A DNA stretch of 64,000 bases from Octopus sinensis (Eukaryota): contig NC_043000.1 of the NCBI RefSeq assembly GCF_006345805.1, positions 38,564,001-38,628,000 on the forward strand. Direction: 5' to 3'. A program made the translations under genes and the position numbers. The notes beneath the pieces are model-generated. The model made no database searches. It was not told the DNA's origin and saw nothing but the letters and a program-made list of their open reading frames with translations. Each line of letters begins with the position of its first letter. The stretch's first letter is position 1. Below are positions 13,030 to 27,355 of this stretch, piece by piece.

Positions 13030-13632
13030 AACTTCAGTAAGATTTGAAATAACAATATAAAAACTAGAAAGAAATCCTGGAAGGAATGGACTGAAAAACG
13101 AAAACAGCTCGCGACGTCGAGTAGCATGCAGCCTCAAACTGCTGTGGACTTGTGTTTTTTTGGAAAAGGAAAGAAGACGAACGGATAGGGTTAATGGGCG
13201 TTAAAGAGGTCGTAGAACTAAAGAAGAGAAGTGTATTGTCGAGTCGAAAAACAAGGAGTATTTTTTAAAAATGCAGGAACTAAAAAGAAGCAAAATATGG
13301 AAATGTGGAAAAGAGGAAATGAGACTTCGAAGGAAAGAAGCTTCTATTGGTATTTTTCAAGAATAAAAACGAGATATTCAATGAGAAGGACAGCTGTCTA
13401 TGGTTAAGAAAGTGCTTTAGAAGAAAGAAATTAAAGGAACGATCTTGGCAACCCATCCCGAAAGGCCGAAGGATAAATTAGATCAAAAGCTTTATAGATC
13501 AACAAGTCTGTTATCCAAAAATGAAGAGTGTGGGATGATTGAGATGAGATCATCGTTGATATTGAATCGGAATATAAATCCGATACAATGTCAGCAGAGA
13601 ATGAATGCAGAAAGAGAAGAAGGCATGATAAG
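13030..13632 (+). mobile_element. Highly decayed R4/Dong-like fragment
   Basis: WL..., KGTILATH, C...RRRHDK remnants; lies between TAA-type tracts. Confidence 0.5.
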
Positions 13633-13719
13633 ATCACTGCAATGATACCGGCTGTTTCTGCTGCTACAATAACAGCGACTGCTGCTGTTACTACTACTAC
13701 TACTACTTCTACTACTGAT

Positions 13720-13788
<69 letters not shown>

Positions 13789-14001
13789 CTTTTCTACTCT
13801 AGGCACAAGGCCCGAAATTTTTGGGGAGGGGGCCAGCCGATTAAATCGACCCCAATACGAAACTGGTGCTTAGTTTATCAACCCGAATGAATGAAAAGCA
13901 AAATCGACCTTAGCGGAATTCGAACTCAGAACATAAGACAGACGAAATACTGATAAGCATTTCACCCGGCGTGCTGACGTTTCTGCCAACTAATAAGGAC
14001 T

Positions 14002-14283
14002 GTCCTGATGCAATGCCAGGCAATATTATCAAAACGATGAACTACAACAAATATCATTTATGCTCAATACCACAGATTTACCTGCCAGTTGCTTGAGCTT
14101 AACCAGTTGGGCATGTCCCTTAGTGGCTGACGATATGTGCATCCCTGATGATGAGCAGAATTAGTGGGGGAGCGTCATAGCCATGTGTTGAGAGGGATTC
14201 TATGGGGTTTGGATAATTCGTCCCTGGAAACACAGGTGTTTCGTTCATCATCCTTAAACAACACCTATTTAGTGACCTATTGA
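14002..14283. mobile_element. 556-bp element, partial copy (left end), abutting the mariner remnant
   Basis: cctgatgcaatgccaggc...cccttagtggctgacgatatgtgcat... Confidence 0.75.
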
Positions 14284-14287
14284 GCAC

Positions 14288-14650
14288 GTAAATATCCGAG
14301 GGAGCTAGGTCCGGACGGTGTACTGGGTGTAGTATCAGTCCCGGTACCACAGGTTCTTGGAGTTTATTCTGGGCCATTCGAGTGGTGTGAGATTTTGCGT
14401 TGTCTTGCTGCAAAACTGCTTGGTTTCTGTTAAACAATTCCGGGTACTTTTGCTGCACAATGGCATACTCCATTCCAGTTGTTCGGAGTACAGGTTGGCA
14501 TCGATGGTTCGACCGTCTGGAACTAACTCTTTGTGAATTATTCTCTCATAATTCCATCAGAGGCAGAACATCACCTTGCGTTTGAAATCTCCATGTTTGG
14601 TAACAGGTTCCCGACGCTGGCCCTTGCTTAACCACTGCTTATGACTGTTA
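14288..14650 (-). mobile_element. mariner transposase remnant (DD34D type)
   Basis: KVMFCL.WN...IIH.ELVP.G.TIDANLYSEQL..., VLQQDNAKSH...HRPDLAPSD. Confidence 0.85.
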
Positions 14651-15606
14651 GGGGTGCGGAGAAATATTTCTTTTGAATTATTACTTGTTCTGATTCATGG
14701 CTCACTGATTCATGGCGTCTACTCTGAATGCTACACTAGGTTTGTTGTAAATGGACAAATATAGCATATACTTCCAAAATATTGCGCAATATGTGATTCA
14801 ATAATTCAGTATATATTCATAGCTGAAAACTGTTGCTTCTAATCAACCAATCATGGCAGACAGACAAACAGACATTGTGACATTATTATTACTAGAACTC
14901 ATAGGAAAAAAAAAACTGCTTATGTGACATATAAAAGTAAGTTGTCACATTATGTCTTAAATTTCTTCAATATGTCATTGGAAAGTCAAGAATGGGATAG
15001 AAGAAGTTCAAAGAAGTAAAATAACAAAATAGGAAAATAAAAGACAAGAAGAAAGAGAAAGAAAAAACAAATAATCGTGAATAATATAGGAAGATAGAAA
15101 TGTAATGAATAATGAAGGATATTGTTATGTTATATGTTATTTATTGACGAAAAAAAAAAATGAAAACTGAGTCGTAGACAATGTGTTGAAGTATTAGCGT
15201 ATGTGTCGCCCATTTAAACATACACAGATAGTGTCGAATTAGTCGAACCGGGCAAGACTGGGCAAAACCGAGCCGGACCTGGCAGAACTTTTAACTGGAT
15301 CTGGTCAATGAGAAATAGCAGTGAATTTCTGAAGGCATCATCTACCCTAAAGTGATCGAACGTCTTAGATTGAACTAGTGAGAACATCTAAAGGTACCTT
15401 GACAATCCAGCAAGATTGCAATGCAAATAGCGGTACAGAATGTGGAAGCAGAAGGGTACCCAGGTGTCATGACACGGATGCAGTCCGGCCTGCTCCGGTT
15501 GTAAGGAGATAAGGGCAGAAGCACTTTCATGAAGTGGTTGGAGTTCTCAGATGTTCTCCTGTTCAAATCTCCTTAGAGCTTCTTCGTACATAACACACAC
15601 ACACAT

Positions 15607-15662
<56 letters not shown>

Positions 15663-15712
15663 CACATAAACACACACACATATATCAAGATTTCAAATAT
15701 AGAATGATAGCA

Positions 15713-15788
<76 letters not shown>

Positions 15789-15977
15789 TTATATTATTAT
15801 TATTATTATTATTATCATTATTATTATTTTATTATTATTATTATTATTCCGTCGAGGTCTACTTTGCTTTTCATCTTTTCGGAGTCGGTAAAATAAGTAC
15901 GAGCTGAACAATGGGGTCGATGTAATCGACTCCTCCCCTTCTCCAAAATTACTGCCCTTGTGGCAAAATTTGAAACC

Positions 15978-16020
<43 letters not shown>

Positions 16021-16110
16021 TTATTATTATTATTATTATTATTACTATTATTATTATTATTATTATTATTATTGTTGTTGTTGTTGTTAATAACAAGAAT
16101 GATGATGATG

Positions 16111-16156
<46 letters not shown>

Positions 16157-17936
16157 GTAGTAGTAGTAGTAGTAGTAGTGCAGGGAATTCTTAGATGTGT
16201 CGTACTTTCGAAAAGAGAATGCCGTTGAAGAGGGTCAGGCCGTAACGCTTGAGGCCCCGTGTGCCATAGTGGCATATTTCACTGATATCATTAACTCAGA
16301 ATCTCAGAGTTTACCACTTCATTCTTTACCTCTTCATCTTTTACTTGCTCTAGTGATTAGACTGTGGCCATGCTGGGGCAACGCCTTTAAGAATCTTTAG
16401 CCGAATGAATCTATTACTTAATTTTTAAAACCTGGTACTTATTCTATCAGTTCTTTTTGCCGACTGCTAAGTTACGGGGACATAAACACACTGACACCGT
16501 TTGTCAAGTGGTGGTAAGGGTACAGCCACATTCACGAAGACACACACACATAAACATATATGTGTGTATATGTGACAGGTTACATTCAGTCTATCAAATC
16601 CACTCACAAGGCTTTGGTCGGGCTTTGGTCGAGATGCCAGGCAGTGGGCCTGAAACCAGAACCCTATGGTTGGGAAGCAAACTTCTTACCACACACCCAT
16701 ACCTTCACCTATTTCTCTGTCTTAATTAGTTGATAAAAACTAACTTCATTTTTTTTCTTTTCAAATCAAAAAGCACCTAACTAGAAAGAAGTCTCTCGTT
16801 ATGATGCTTACCCGAAACTTTCGTCTCGTTTCAGTACAACAGATTGGAGCAGATTAAAAAAAGAAAGCTCCAGCGAGTACCTGGTTTGATATAATATACT
16901 AAACACCCGCCTTGCCCCATATTTTAAGCCTTGTGCCAAAATAAAAAATAAATTACTTCAAGTAGTCACAGCAGCAGCACTAGTAGCAACAGTAGCAGCC
17001 ATATAAATAAGTATACAAGTAAGTATTAAACTGACTTTACTGGGCATTTGTTCAATAAAAATTCAATTGATTTTGTTATCATTAAAACGCCATCATCACA
17101 TCTTGTGTAACTATAGCAGTGTTTTGTGATGTGCGTCTACGGATAATTATTTTCATAAACACTATGTTTCCCCTTTCATCTTATTCAGTGAATTTAAACC
17201 GAAACTAAAATGAATGTAGAATGAAGTGTATGTTTTTCTATTTATAAATCTTTTGTAAATGAAATTTCGATTTTTCCCCCCACAGAAGCAAGTCTACGTT
17301 TGGCACGAACTCAACCCTTTGCCTGAACAGGGGAAGAGCAAAAACTGACCTCTAATCGTATCGGTAGTTAACTTGAACCAACTTTAGATTACTGATTTGA
17401 AAATTTCCAATATTAATGGCAGAAACGTGACCGAAAAAAGTTAAAAGGCCAGAGTGGCTGTGTAGTAGGAAACTTGCTTCTCAACCGCATGGTTCCGGGT
17501 TCAGTCCCACTGCGTGGCACCTTGAGCAAGTATTTTCTACAGTAGCCTCAGGCCGACCAAAGCCCTGTGAATGCATTTGGTGGACGGAAACTGAAAGAAG
17601 CCCGTCGTATATGTATATATATATTATGTGACAGTTGGTTCTCATAATAAAACTCAGAGTTTCGGATGTCCGCGCTAAAGTCTGCTCAGGCATCTCATCG
17701 GTTATTAAGACAAACAAAAACGCTATCCGGAAATCTGAGATTTACTATGACAACTAACTAATTGTTACACATAATATCTATAGATAAATTCCTCTATTTA
17801 CATAATATCGAGGTCTCATTCATTCTTTTGTTGTCATATTATATATATTATATATATATTATATATATATATATAATATATATATATATGTATATATATA
17901 CACATATATATATATGCATATATATATATATATATA

Positions 17937-17976
<40 letters not shown>

Positions 17977-18128
17977 TATATATATGTGTGTGTGTATGTG
18001 CGTGTATTTGTGTGTCTGTATTTGTCCCCTCACCGTCGCTTGACAACCGATGTTGGTGTGTTTACATCCCGTAACTTCGCTGTTCGGCAAAAGACACCGA
18101 CAGATCATGTATTAAGCTTACAAAGAAT

Positions 18129-18160
<32 letters not shown>

Positions 18161-18175
18161 TATACATATATATAT

Positions 18176-18289
<114 letters not shown>

Positions 18290-18936
18290 CATATCTGTCC
18301 GTCTGTGAAGACATCAATTAATCCGTTTATCCGTCAATATATAAGTGCATATAAGACGGCGATGTGGCAGAATCGTTATCACGCCGAGCGAAATGCTAAA
18401 CGGCTTTTCGCCAGTCTCAACATTCTGAGGTCAAACTGTACGAGCGTCGACTTTGCTTTTTATCGTTACAGAGTCGAGAAAATAAGTACCAGTTGTGTAC
18501 TGGGGTTGATGTAATCGCCTTACCCCCTCCTCTGAATTCGCTGGCCTTGTACCAAAATCTTAAGTCAATATATATTGTCACAGGCGTGATTGTGTGGTAA
18601 GAAGCTTGCTTCCCAACAACATGGTTCCAGTTTCGATCCCACTGCGTGGTACCTTGATCAAGTGTCTTCTACTATAGCTCCGGGCCGACCAAAGACTTGT
18701 GGGTGGATTTGATAGATGGAAACTGAAAGAAGCCATCGTATATACACAAACACACACACACAAATACATACATACAAACATATATATATATATATATTTA
18801 CACACGCACACACACCGTATTTTTGTACTTTGTATCTTGTTTTGTCCGGATTGCCGCTCGTGTTATCGTCTATTTTCCCGCATGTTGTGCTTTGCTGGTT
18901 TCCGTTTGTTGCGTTCTTTCTGTCCTGCCTTTGATT

Positions 18937-18993
<57 letters not shown>

Positions 18994-19221
18994 GTGTGTG
19001 TGTGTGTTTCCGTGCGTGCGTGCGCACTCATGTGTATTTGTGTGCCTGTGTTTATCGCCTCACCATCACTTAACAATTGATGCTGGTGTGTTTACGTACA
19101 CATAACTTAGCAGTTCGGCCAAGGATACCTATAGAATAAGTCCTGATGTCGATTTGTTCGACTAAAGTCTGTGTTCCAGCATGGCTGCAGTCAAATGACT
19201 GAAACAAGTAAAAGAATATAA

Positions 19222-19268
<47 letters not shown>

Positions 19269-19294
19269 CATGAGTGATCGATATATATATATAG

Positions 19295-19327
<33 letters not shown>

Positions 19328-19545
19328 CACCATGAGTGATCGCTAGCCACTAAACCCTTTTCTATTTTCTCTCTCTGTTTTTTATTCCTGTGCTCCTTTC
19401 TGTCGAAGAGCGGAAGCTCGAAACGTAAAAGACTTTCTGACTTCCCGAGTGTTAAACTAATATATTTTTTGTTGTTTACACACACGTCTTCGTCTTTTGT
19501 TTCGTTTGATTTCTTTCGTAAATTCCAACTATATATATATATATA

Positions 19546-19588
<43 letters not shown>

Positions 19589-21230
19589 GTGTGTGTGTGT
19601 GAGTGTTTGTGTGTGTGTGTGCGTACGTGTGTGTGAATTGGTAGATAAATAATCACCACCTTTAAACATTTTCGACTTTGTTCTATGGCACTCAGCACGC
19701 ATGACATCAACAACGACCCTAACTTGTGGAGATGATTCTCCTACTCATACAATGAATTTCATCTCTAAAAATGCAAATATCTTTAGGCTTGCAGTGAAAC
19801 ATGTCTTCCTACCATTACGCTTCTCCTTCACCTAACCTACTTTCACATAATTAGGTTATCAGAGGCCATCGTTTGTTATCGACAATGGCATAAAACAACA
19901 AGAAATAAGAGTAAATCTACTCTCAACTCCTCATCCGAGATAAACTGACATCTGCTTCACTATAAAACTGCATCTTTCATCAATCATAAAAAAAACAACA
20001 TTTCCTCCTTAGCTACATTAGTCGGTCCATAGTTTTACATTAAAAATATATAACACTTTCCATAATCGAAACCATATTAAGGGGAAAAGACTACATACAG
20101 AAAAAATCGATAGCTTCTTAGCCAGGTGATTCGATATTCTTTGGCAAATTGCTCACCTAGGAACAAGTTAATCCTAAAATAACAGCAAGAAAGAAAATCA
20201 CATAAAACCTCTTTATCTTTTCTAAAATCATGCCACGGGTTTGATGAAGTAATTGGTCCGAGCAGTAAACTGGAAGTAAATAACCAATATAATTACATTC
20301 AAGAGAGCTATTAACATAATCACCTCGTTTGGTGATTCTTGTATATGCCATTGAAGTACTTACACGGTATATAAAGCATGTAGCAGTAATATGCGGCGTA
20401 TAATGCGCTTTCAAATATGGTTAGAAGGCCAGAAAATTCGGGGAGTGAGTAATGGACTACACGAACCCAGTGCTTAACTGGTACTAATTGTATCACCCAC
20501 CAAAAGAATGAACGGCAAAGTCGTCCTGAAGCAACGAAATATAGAAGCAAACGAAATGCCGCTAAGCATTTTGTCCGTAACGACTCTACCAGCTCGCCGC
20601 CTTTATGAATATCAAGTAGACTTTCTCTTCTCTTTCACTTGCTGAACTGTCAACGATGTAAAAGAAACACATACCTTGAATATTTTGTAAACTTTCTCGC
20701 TTCGTAGACTATTCAATTTAGTATAATATATTTGCCTGCGTTTATGTCATGATGATGGTTTCAAGTAAGGACAAAATGGCTCTGTTACGTGGTTAGTTGG
20801 AATTAATCAAATATTTAAGATCTTTGCAATGAGCAGAAAAAAATATTAAGTATGTGCATTCTGTACGTCTTTGTAACTCCTCAATTCAACATTGAAATTT
20901 GTCACCCTGCATTATTTACGATTCATTATCCAAGGGATTATCTCCCTTACAATAGCTGCCACCAGGGTACCACTTTTATTACGGTTCACTTGCTTCAGTC
21001 AATTGACTGCGGCCATGCCGGGGCACCGCCTTGAAGAATTTTAGTCGAACGAATCAATACCAGTACTTAAATATTTTTAACCTTCACACTTATTCTATCA
21101 TTCTCTTTTGTCGCACCGCTAGTTAATGGGGACGTGAACACACCGTTACCTGTTATCAAACGGTAATGAGGGACGAACGCAGATACAAAGACACATGAAC
21201 ACGCACACACGCACACACATACACACACAT

Positions 21231-21281
<51 letters not shown>

Positions 21282-21786
21282 TACGACAAGCTTCTTTCAG
21301 TTTCCATCTACCAATTCCATTTACCACCGACCAGCTAGGTTTCTGTAAGAAGCTAGCGAAACTTTAAGTTTCATGGGACCGAATGAAACATTTAAATAAT
21401 ATCAATAAAAAGACCACTCAGAGAGTGCAAACCTCCGCCAAGACAACACCAATGTCCTCTCAAAGATTAGTCGGAGATAATTTTTAAAATGAGAATAGAT
21501 GGAATAAACTCGACTTCTCACACAAACAAGAATACTAAAAATAAACCCGACCACTCTCAAGAATTAAGTATTAAAAAAACCGGAAAAATAATCCAGAATC
21601 CTTGTCCCGTACTCGATCGATACCCAAACCGAAGTAGTTCGTGCCAGTCACGAGGCCAAACATCCCTGAAAGTTTCATCCAAATCCATTCAGCGATTCTT
21701 GAGATATCTTATCCACGGATAAACAAACAAACATAACTGGAAATAATACCTTCGCCTTCTATAAGGCGGAGGTAATAATAATAATG

Positions 21787-21822
<36 letters not shown>

Positions 21823-21830
21823 TAATAATA

Positions 21831-21876
<46 letters not shown>

Positions 21877-21877
21877 C

Positions 21878-21951
<74 letters not shown>

Positions 21952-21955
<4 letters not shown>

Positions 21956-22279
21956 CTGTTGTCATAGGTACCCTGGGAATGATAGCAAAAGGTGCTGATT
22001 GCTACCTAACTCAGATACCAGGAAACCCCAAAATGGCAGAAATTCAAAAGATAGTGCTCATGGGAACTGCTCATATCCTACGCAAAATACTTTCTACGTA
22101 ATCTCATGGTTTAAAACAAACATTTTTTTTCTAGACATCCACCAGTACAACACAAAAAACAACCAAATATATGGCACACTAGGCATATCAACAACGTGAA
22201 CTTCCAACCTGTTGTCTCTTGAGGTCTCCGGGTGAGACTTGGAGCCAACTTGTACAAATATAAAGCAAAAGTCAAACAT
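21952..22279 (+). mobile_element. R4/Dong-clade extreme 3' end
   Basis: IPVVIGTLGMIAKGADCYLTQIPGNPKMAEIQKIVLMGTAHILRKILST* plus UTR; (TAA)n on both flanks. Confidence 0.85.
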
Positions 22280-22287
22280 ATAATAAT

Positions 22288-22356
<69 letters not shown>

Positions 22357-23361
22357 TTAGCGGTTCGGCAAAAGAGACCGATAGAATAAGTTCTAGGCTT
22401 ATAAAGAATAAATCCTGGGGTCGATTTGCTCGACTAAAGGCGGTGCTCCAGCATGGCCGCAGTCAAATGACTGACACAAGTAAAAGAGTAAAGAGTATAT
22501 ATGTAACTCTTACTTCATATGTTGAGAGCCCCTTTCGTTTCTCCATTCGCCTGTTTATGTTTGTGTGTGTGTGTGTGTGAGTGAGCGCACGTCTCTGTGT
22601 GTGTGTTTCTGTGTGTGCGTGTGTGTGTGTGTTTGTGTGCATACTCACACACTGACATAGGGCGAGTGTATTTAGTTCTGATTCTCATAGTACAAATGAA
22701 TGGCTTTATAAGAAATTGTCTGCAGAAATTTAGTTTTGTTTCCTGTCAAAGAGACCAGGTATTGGTTTTTCAGAGACGTAACCTTATCTTTAATTCTGTT
22801 ATCAGTGTTAAAAGTGAAACTCTGTAAGACAGCCTTCATTTCATTCTTCTATTCACCGGACGTCGGTAGCTGGATGTGTTTGAAACGTCGCCAGATATAT
22901 AGAAAATACACTAACAAAATTCCAATGTTTTCTAAGGAAGAATGGCAGGCCACAAGTTAGTCTGAAGCATTTACTAATAAAGAAAGATAATAGAAAGAAA
23001 GAAAACCATAGAAATCAGAGCTTTCGATGTTCTGCATTAGGGAATATTTTACGTTCCATTACAGATATCGTAGTCGGTATAAATAGATCCATGCGCATGC
23101 GCGCGCGCGCGTGTGTGTTGGAGGGGAAGTTTTATCCCTATAAGTATGCTGATCGCTCACATACACCTCTGTATGCAAGACTCTTTAATTTACAGGCGCA
23201 GGCGTGGTTATGTGATAAGAATTTCCGTTCCCTTTCACACGGCTTTGGTTCTGGGTCAGTTCCACTGTGTAGCACACTGGGTAAAGTGTCTTCTGCTATA
23301 GCATCGGGCCGCCGACCAAAGATTTGTAGGTGGATTAGTAGGTAGACGGAAGGTAGTCCGT

Positions 23362-23410
<49 letters not shown>

Positions 23411-23557
23411 AACAAAAAAGCAATAGAGGGCATTAAAACTTTCGGACAGATAGACGACAAAAAGGCGTAAAAGAGAAACAGCAATTAGAAGGACAGGCAA
23501 ATAAAGACGGGTTATTCTAGGCTTTCTTTCATCAAGTACCAGAAGTCACGACCATTT

Positions 23558-23630
<73 letters not shown>

Positions 23631-23700
23631 TATATATGTATATGTATATATATATATATGTACTATATATGTATATGTATATATACACACATATATATAC

Positions 23701-23756
<56 letters not shown>

Positions 23757-26749
23757 ATCAATCTCTCTATCTGTGTGTGCGTGTTCTTTTGTGTCTGCTT
23801 TGCGTCACCGCTTGACAACCGGTGCCTATTTATGTTTCAGCACTTAGTGGTTCAGTTAAAGAGACTGATAGAATAACTACCAAGCTTTAAAAAAATAATT
23901 GCTCTGGTCGATTCATTCGACTAAAACGTCTTCACATTGGGGCCCCAGCATGGCCGCAATCTACTGACTGAAACAAGTAAAAGATAAAAGATATGACTTA
24001 GAAGAAAATATATATTATTCTTGTTGGCGTTGTTGTTGTTGTTGCTTGAGGCGAAGTTAGCCATGATCGAGCAGATCTGCTGTCGAATGTATTCCCGCCA
24101 TGACCCTCCTGACTAATGCTTCCGGCATATTGTACCGCAAACCATACTGTCCCAAATGGTGTCCTTCCTGTATTTCTAAACATCAAGATTCTGATTGACG
24201 ACAGGTCTTCGACTAACACTACTGACCGATTGATTGAAGGATTATTCAAACAATTGATTAATTAGTTAAATGTAGACGAATTTGTTAATAATAATAAAAG
24301 AAATTTAACATATATCAATATGACCTTCCGGAGATGCAACAAAATTTGTTTTAACATGCGAATTCACATGAAGAATCCTACAAACCAAATCCCAAACCTA
24401 ATGTAACTATTATTTATTTAAGGTCAAATGACTAAAATTGGTGATCCTTCATTACTACGAGTGATTATGCAGAAGTTCCCTTGGTTTTGTCACATCCAGA
24501 TAGTTTTCGTGGCTATTAGTAACATAGGTGATTCGTTTCACCCGATCATATCTATACAATCCATTAAAAGCCACGGAAGCTATTCTTTTTGACGTGAGAG
24601 AAAGTGTCCTCACGTCTCTAAGAGAAAATTAGATGTCATTTTTTATGGCAGAATCGTTAGCAGGCCGGGCAAAATGCTTAATGGAATTCCGTCGGTCTTT
24701 GTGCTCTGAGTTCAAATTCCACCGAGGTCAGTTTTGTCTTTTATCTTTTCGAGGTCGATAAAATAAAGACCATTTGAGCACTGGGATCGATGTAACTGAC
24801 TTAACTCACCCACGAAATTGCTGGTCTTGTGCTAAATTTGAAACTGGTATTTTTTCAAGTATCTGAACTGGAACTCAGAAATAGATTAACTTCAGACAGA
24901 AATCTAAACTATATTGTCGTCTCCATTCACCCGGAGAATATCAATGAAATAACGAAAACATTTCTAAAAATGCATAACTTATTTGGTGTTTCTAAGCTCG
25001 CATCGAAGCCATGTGATTTCGGGTTCAGTCCTAAGGCACGGCACCATGAGCACGTGTTTTCTACCGTAGATTCGAGCCGACCAATGCCTTGTGAGTGAAT
25101 TTGGTGAACGGGAAACTATGTGGAAGCCCGTTGTATATTTGTACATATATATGAGTACGCCTTTGTTTGTCACACACACATCGCCAATTGACAACCGATG
25201 ATTGTTTGTTTTCGTTTCCATAACTTAGCAGTTCGGCAAACGAGATAATAAAATGAGTACTGAATTTTTTTCGACTAGATCGTTGATGGTTGTACCCCAG
25301 TATGGCCGCAGTCAAATGACTGAGACAAGTAAATAATGAAAGATAACCTCACAATCCAAAGGATATCGTTTGTTATGTAAATCACGCGGACATCTGCTCG
25401 CTCTGTCTCCGTCTGTCTGACTCTCTCTCACTTTCTTTATCTCTCCTTTCCTTTTCTCTCCCTCTCTGTCTCTTTATCTTTCTCTCTTTGTCCTTCTCTC
25501 CGTTTATCTCTGATTCCAGTTAATTCAACAGACACCAATCGTTATTCAAACTTCAAACGCCAACATCAAAAGGGGACATTCGTTAAACTTAGCAATTCTG
25601 ATAGCTGCCTTGCATTATTTAGGAAAACAAGCGATTGCAATATTTTATAGACAGTATTTATGCTGTAAACAACTGTTTCATCATTCCAATTCGTAACAGC
25701 TTGATACTTTTAATTACTCGTTTTAATTAACCGTAGCGGGGAAGGTGCCACTGCACAATCATCCTGTCAGAAACTGTCAGCAAATTGTGCAAACATTATT
25801 TCCATCCATCCATATTCTGCTGGAAGGGTCGTTGAGGCTGAGTCCTCAGGAGTTCCTCACCAGAACGGCATATCAGAAACAACCGACATCACACTTCTCA
25901 GCTGGATTCCAAACGACAAGACCTTGCATATTACCCAAACGTCTCACTGGTTTGCCTGTGTCGCGGTGTTCTTCCGGTTGACTCGGCTTCAAGAGTATGT
26001 TTTTCAGAATCTTTCCTGCAACATTTTAATCGCATGCCAGTTGTACAGGAGCTGCGAACTCTCAATGCAGAGAAATTACGACTCGGCATGGAAAGTCTGC
26101 TTGATGTCGGAGCCACGTACCCTGTCGAGTAGCGTTATTCAACATATCCTTCGTAGAAACCCCATTCAAACCGTTTGTACTCATGATTGTAACCTTTATG
26201 AGTATAGATGAGGACACGGAGAAAATCACAATAACACTTTTATCGTTTTGATTTAAGGCAGGATCGAAAAGAAAGTATTTTGATATTTTAAAAGCGTTTT
26301 CTTTTAAATTCTCAGTCAACGATCAAAGATTCTCAAATCTCGTGTTATTTGGGTGGTAGGAGACATATTAGAAATATGAGATACCAACACGAGATTATCA
26401 AAAAACAATGATGGCAATGATCGTTTTTCTTTAATTCTACCAATCAATCATTATTTTCTATTTCACTCCGGTCATAATTGATCGATTAGTGTATCAAAGA
26501 GTCAGCTTCCTTTAGTGTTCTACTTGTTTCGAATAGATACAGCATAGACATCGCTTCCTTAAACCGTCAAATTACGTAGGCGCATGCATGGCTATAGAGC
26601 CAAGAAGCTCATTGCAGCCAGGTGGATTCAGTCTCCGTCCTACCGCGTGACACCTTGAGCAATTATCTTTTACTATAGCCCCGACATGGCTGCAGTCCAA
26701 TGGCTGAAACCAGTAAAAGATAAAGTAAATTATATTTTATGATAAAACA

Positions 26750-27355
26750 TTTTCAATGGGAGGTAACTGCAGATTTACCTGGGTGCCAGGTTTTCTTTCC
26801 CATCCCAATTACGAAAAAAACCCCAGATATTTTGATGTGGTGTGAAAGAAAGAAAGTTGTAAATATAGTCGAGCTAACGGTTCCTCATGAAGATAATATG
26901 GACGCCGCTCGGGCTCGAAAATTTAACCGTTATATAAACCTCCTCGAGGAATGTGAAGACGCAGGCTGGAAAGCGGAACATTTTCCAATCGAAGTTGGAT
27001 ATAGAGGGTTCGTTGGACACAGTGTGAGACGACTGTTGTTATCGCTAGGCCTAACTCATCGTAAAGTCAATACCACCATGACCGAAATCCAATCTACAGT
27101 GGAGAAGGCTAGCCACTGGATTTGGTTAAAAAGAGACGATGAGCGATGGCTAGAAGGATATTGAGCTTAATTTGATAACCAGCTGATCTAGCAAGCGGGG
27201 CCTCATATCAGTGAGGGCGGTGCGCATTGATGCCGTCGAGAGGTAGGCCCCGAAACGACGCCCATTCTCTCCCGATGACCCCATACACTTGCTGGCTTCC
27301 GGTATACGGAGCTTTTGACTGGTAGCACTTGCAAGTTGTTTGCAAGGCATGATAG
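26750..27355 (+). mobile_element. HERO/NeSL-like RLE retrotransposon 3' end, endonuclease frame still open
   Basis: ORF 26739..27164: PDILMW...IVELTVPHEDN...RK..RY..L.EEC...GW...FPIEVG.RGF...EKASHWIWLKR. Confidence 0.8.

Noticed and set aside
17286-17362. Strong plus-strand acceptor followed by a short open stretch (KQVYVWHELNPLP...)
   Set aside because: Isolated, weak donor, no recognisable homology.
22690-22825. Minus-strand open frame SFTFNTDNRIKDKV... after cttacag
   Set aside because: The phase-1 frame needed between exons C and D has an immediate stop; exons C and D already join cleanly.
25700-26330. GC-richer block resembling a DNA transposon relic
   Set aside because: No DDE motif or TIR could be identified.
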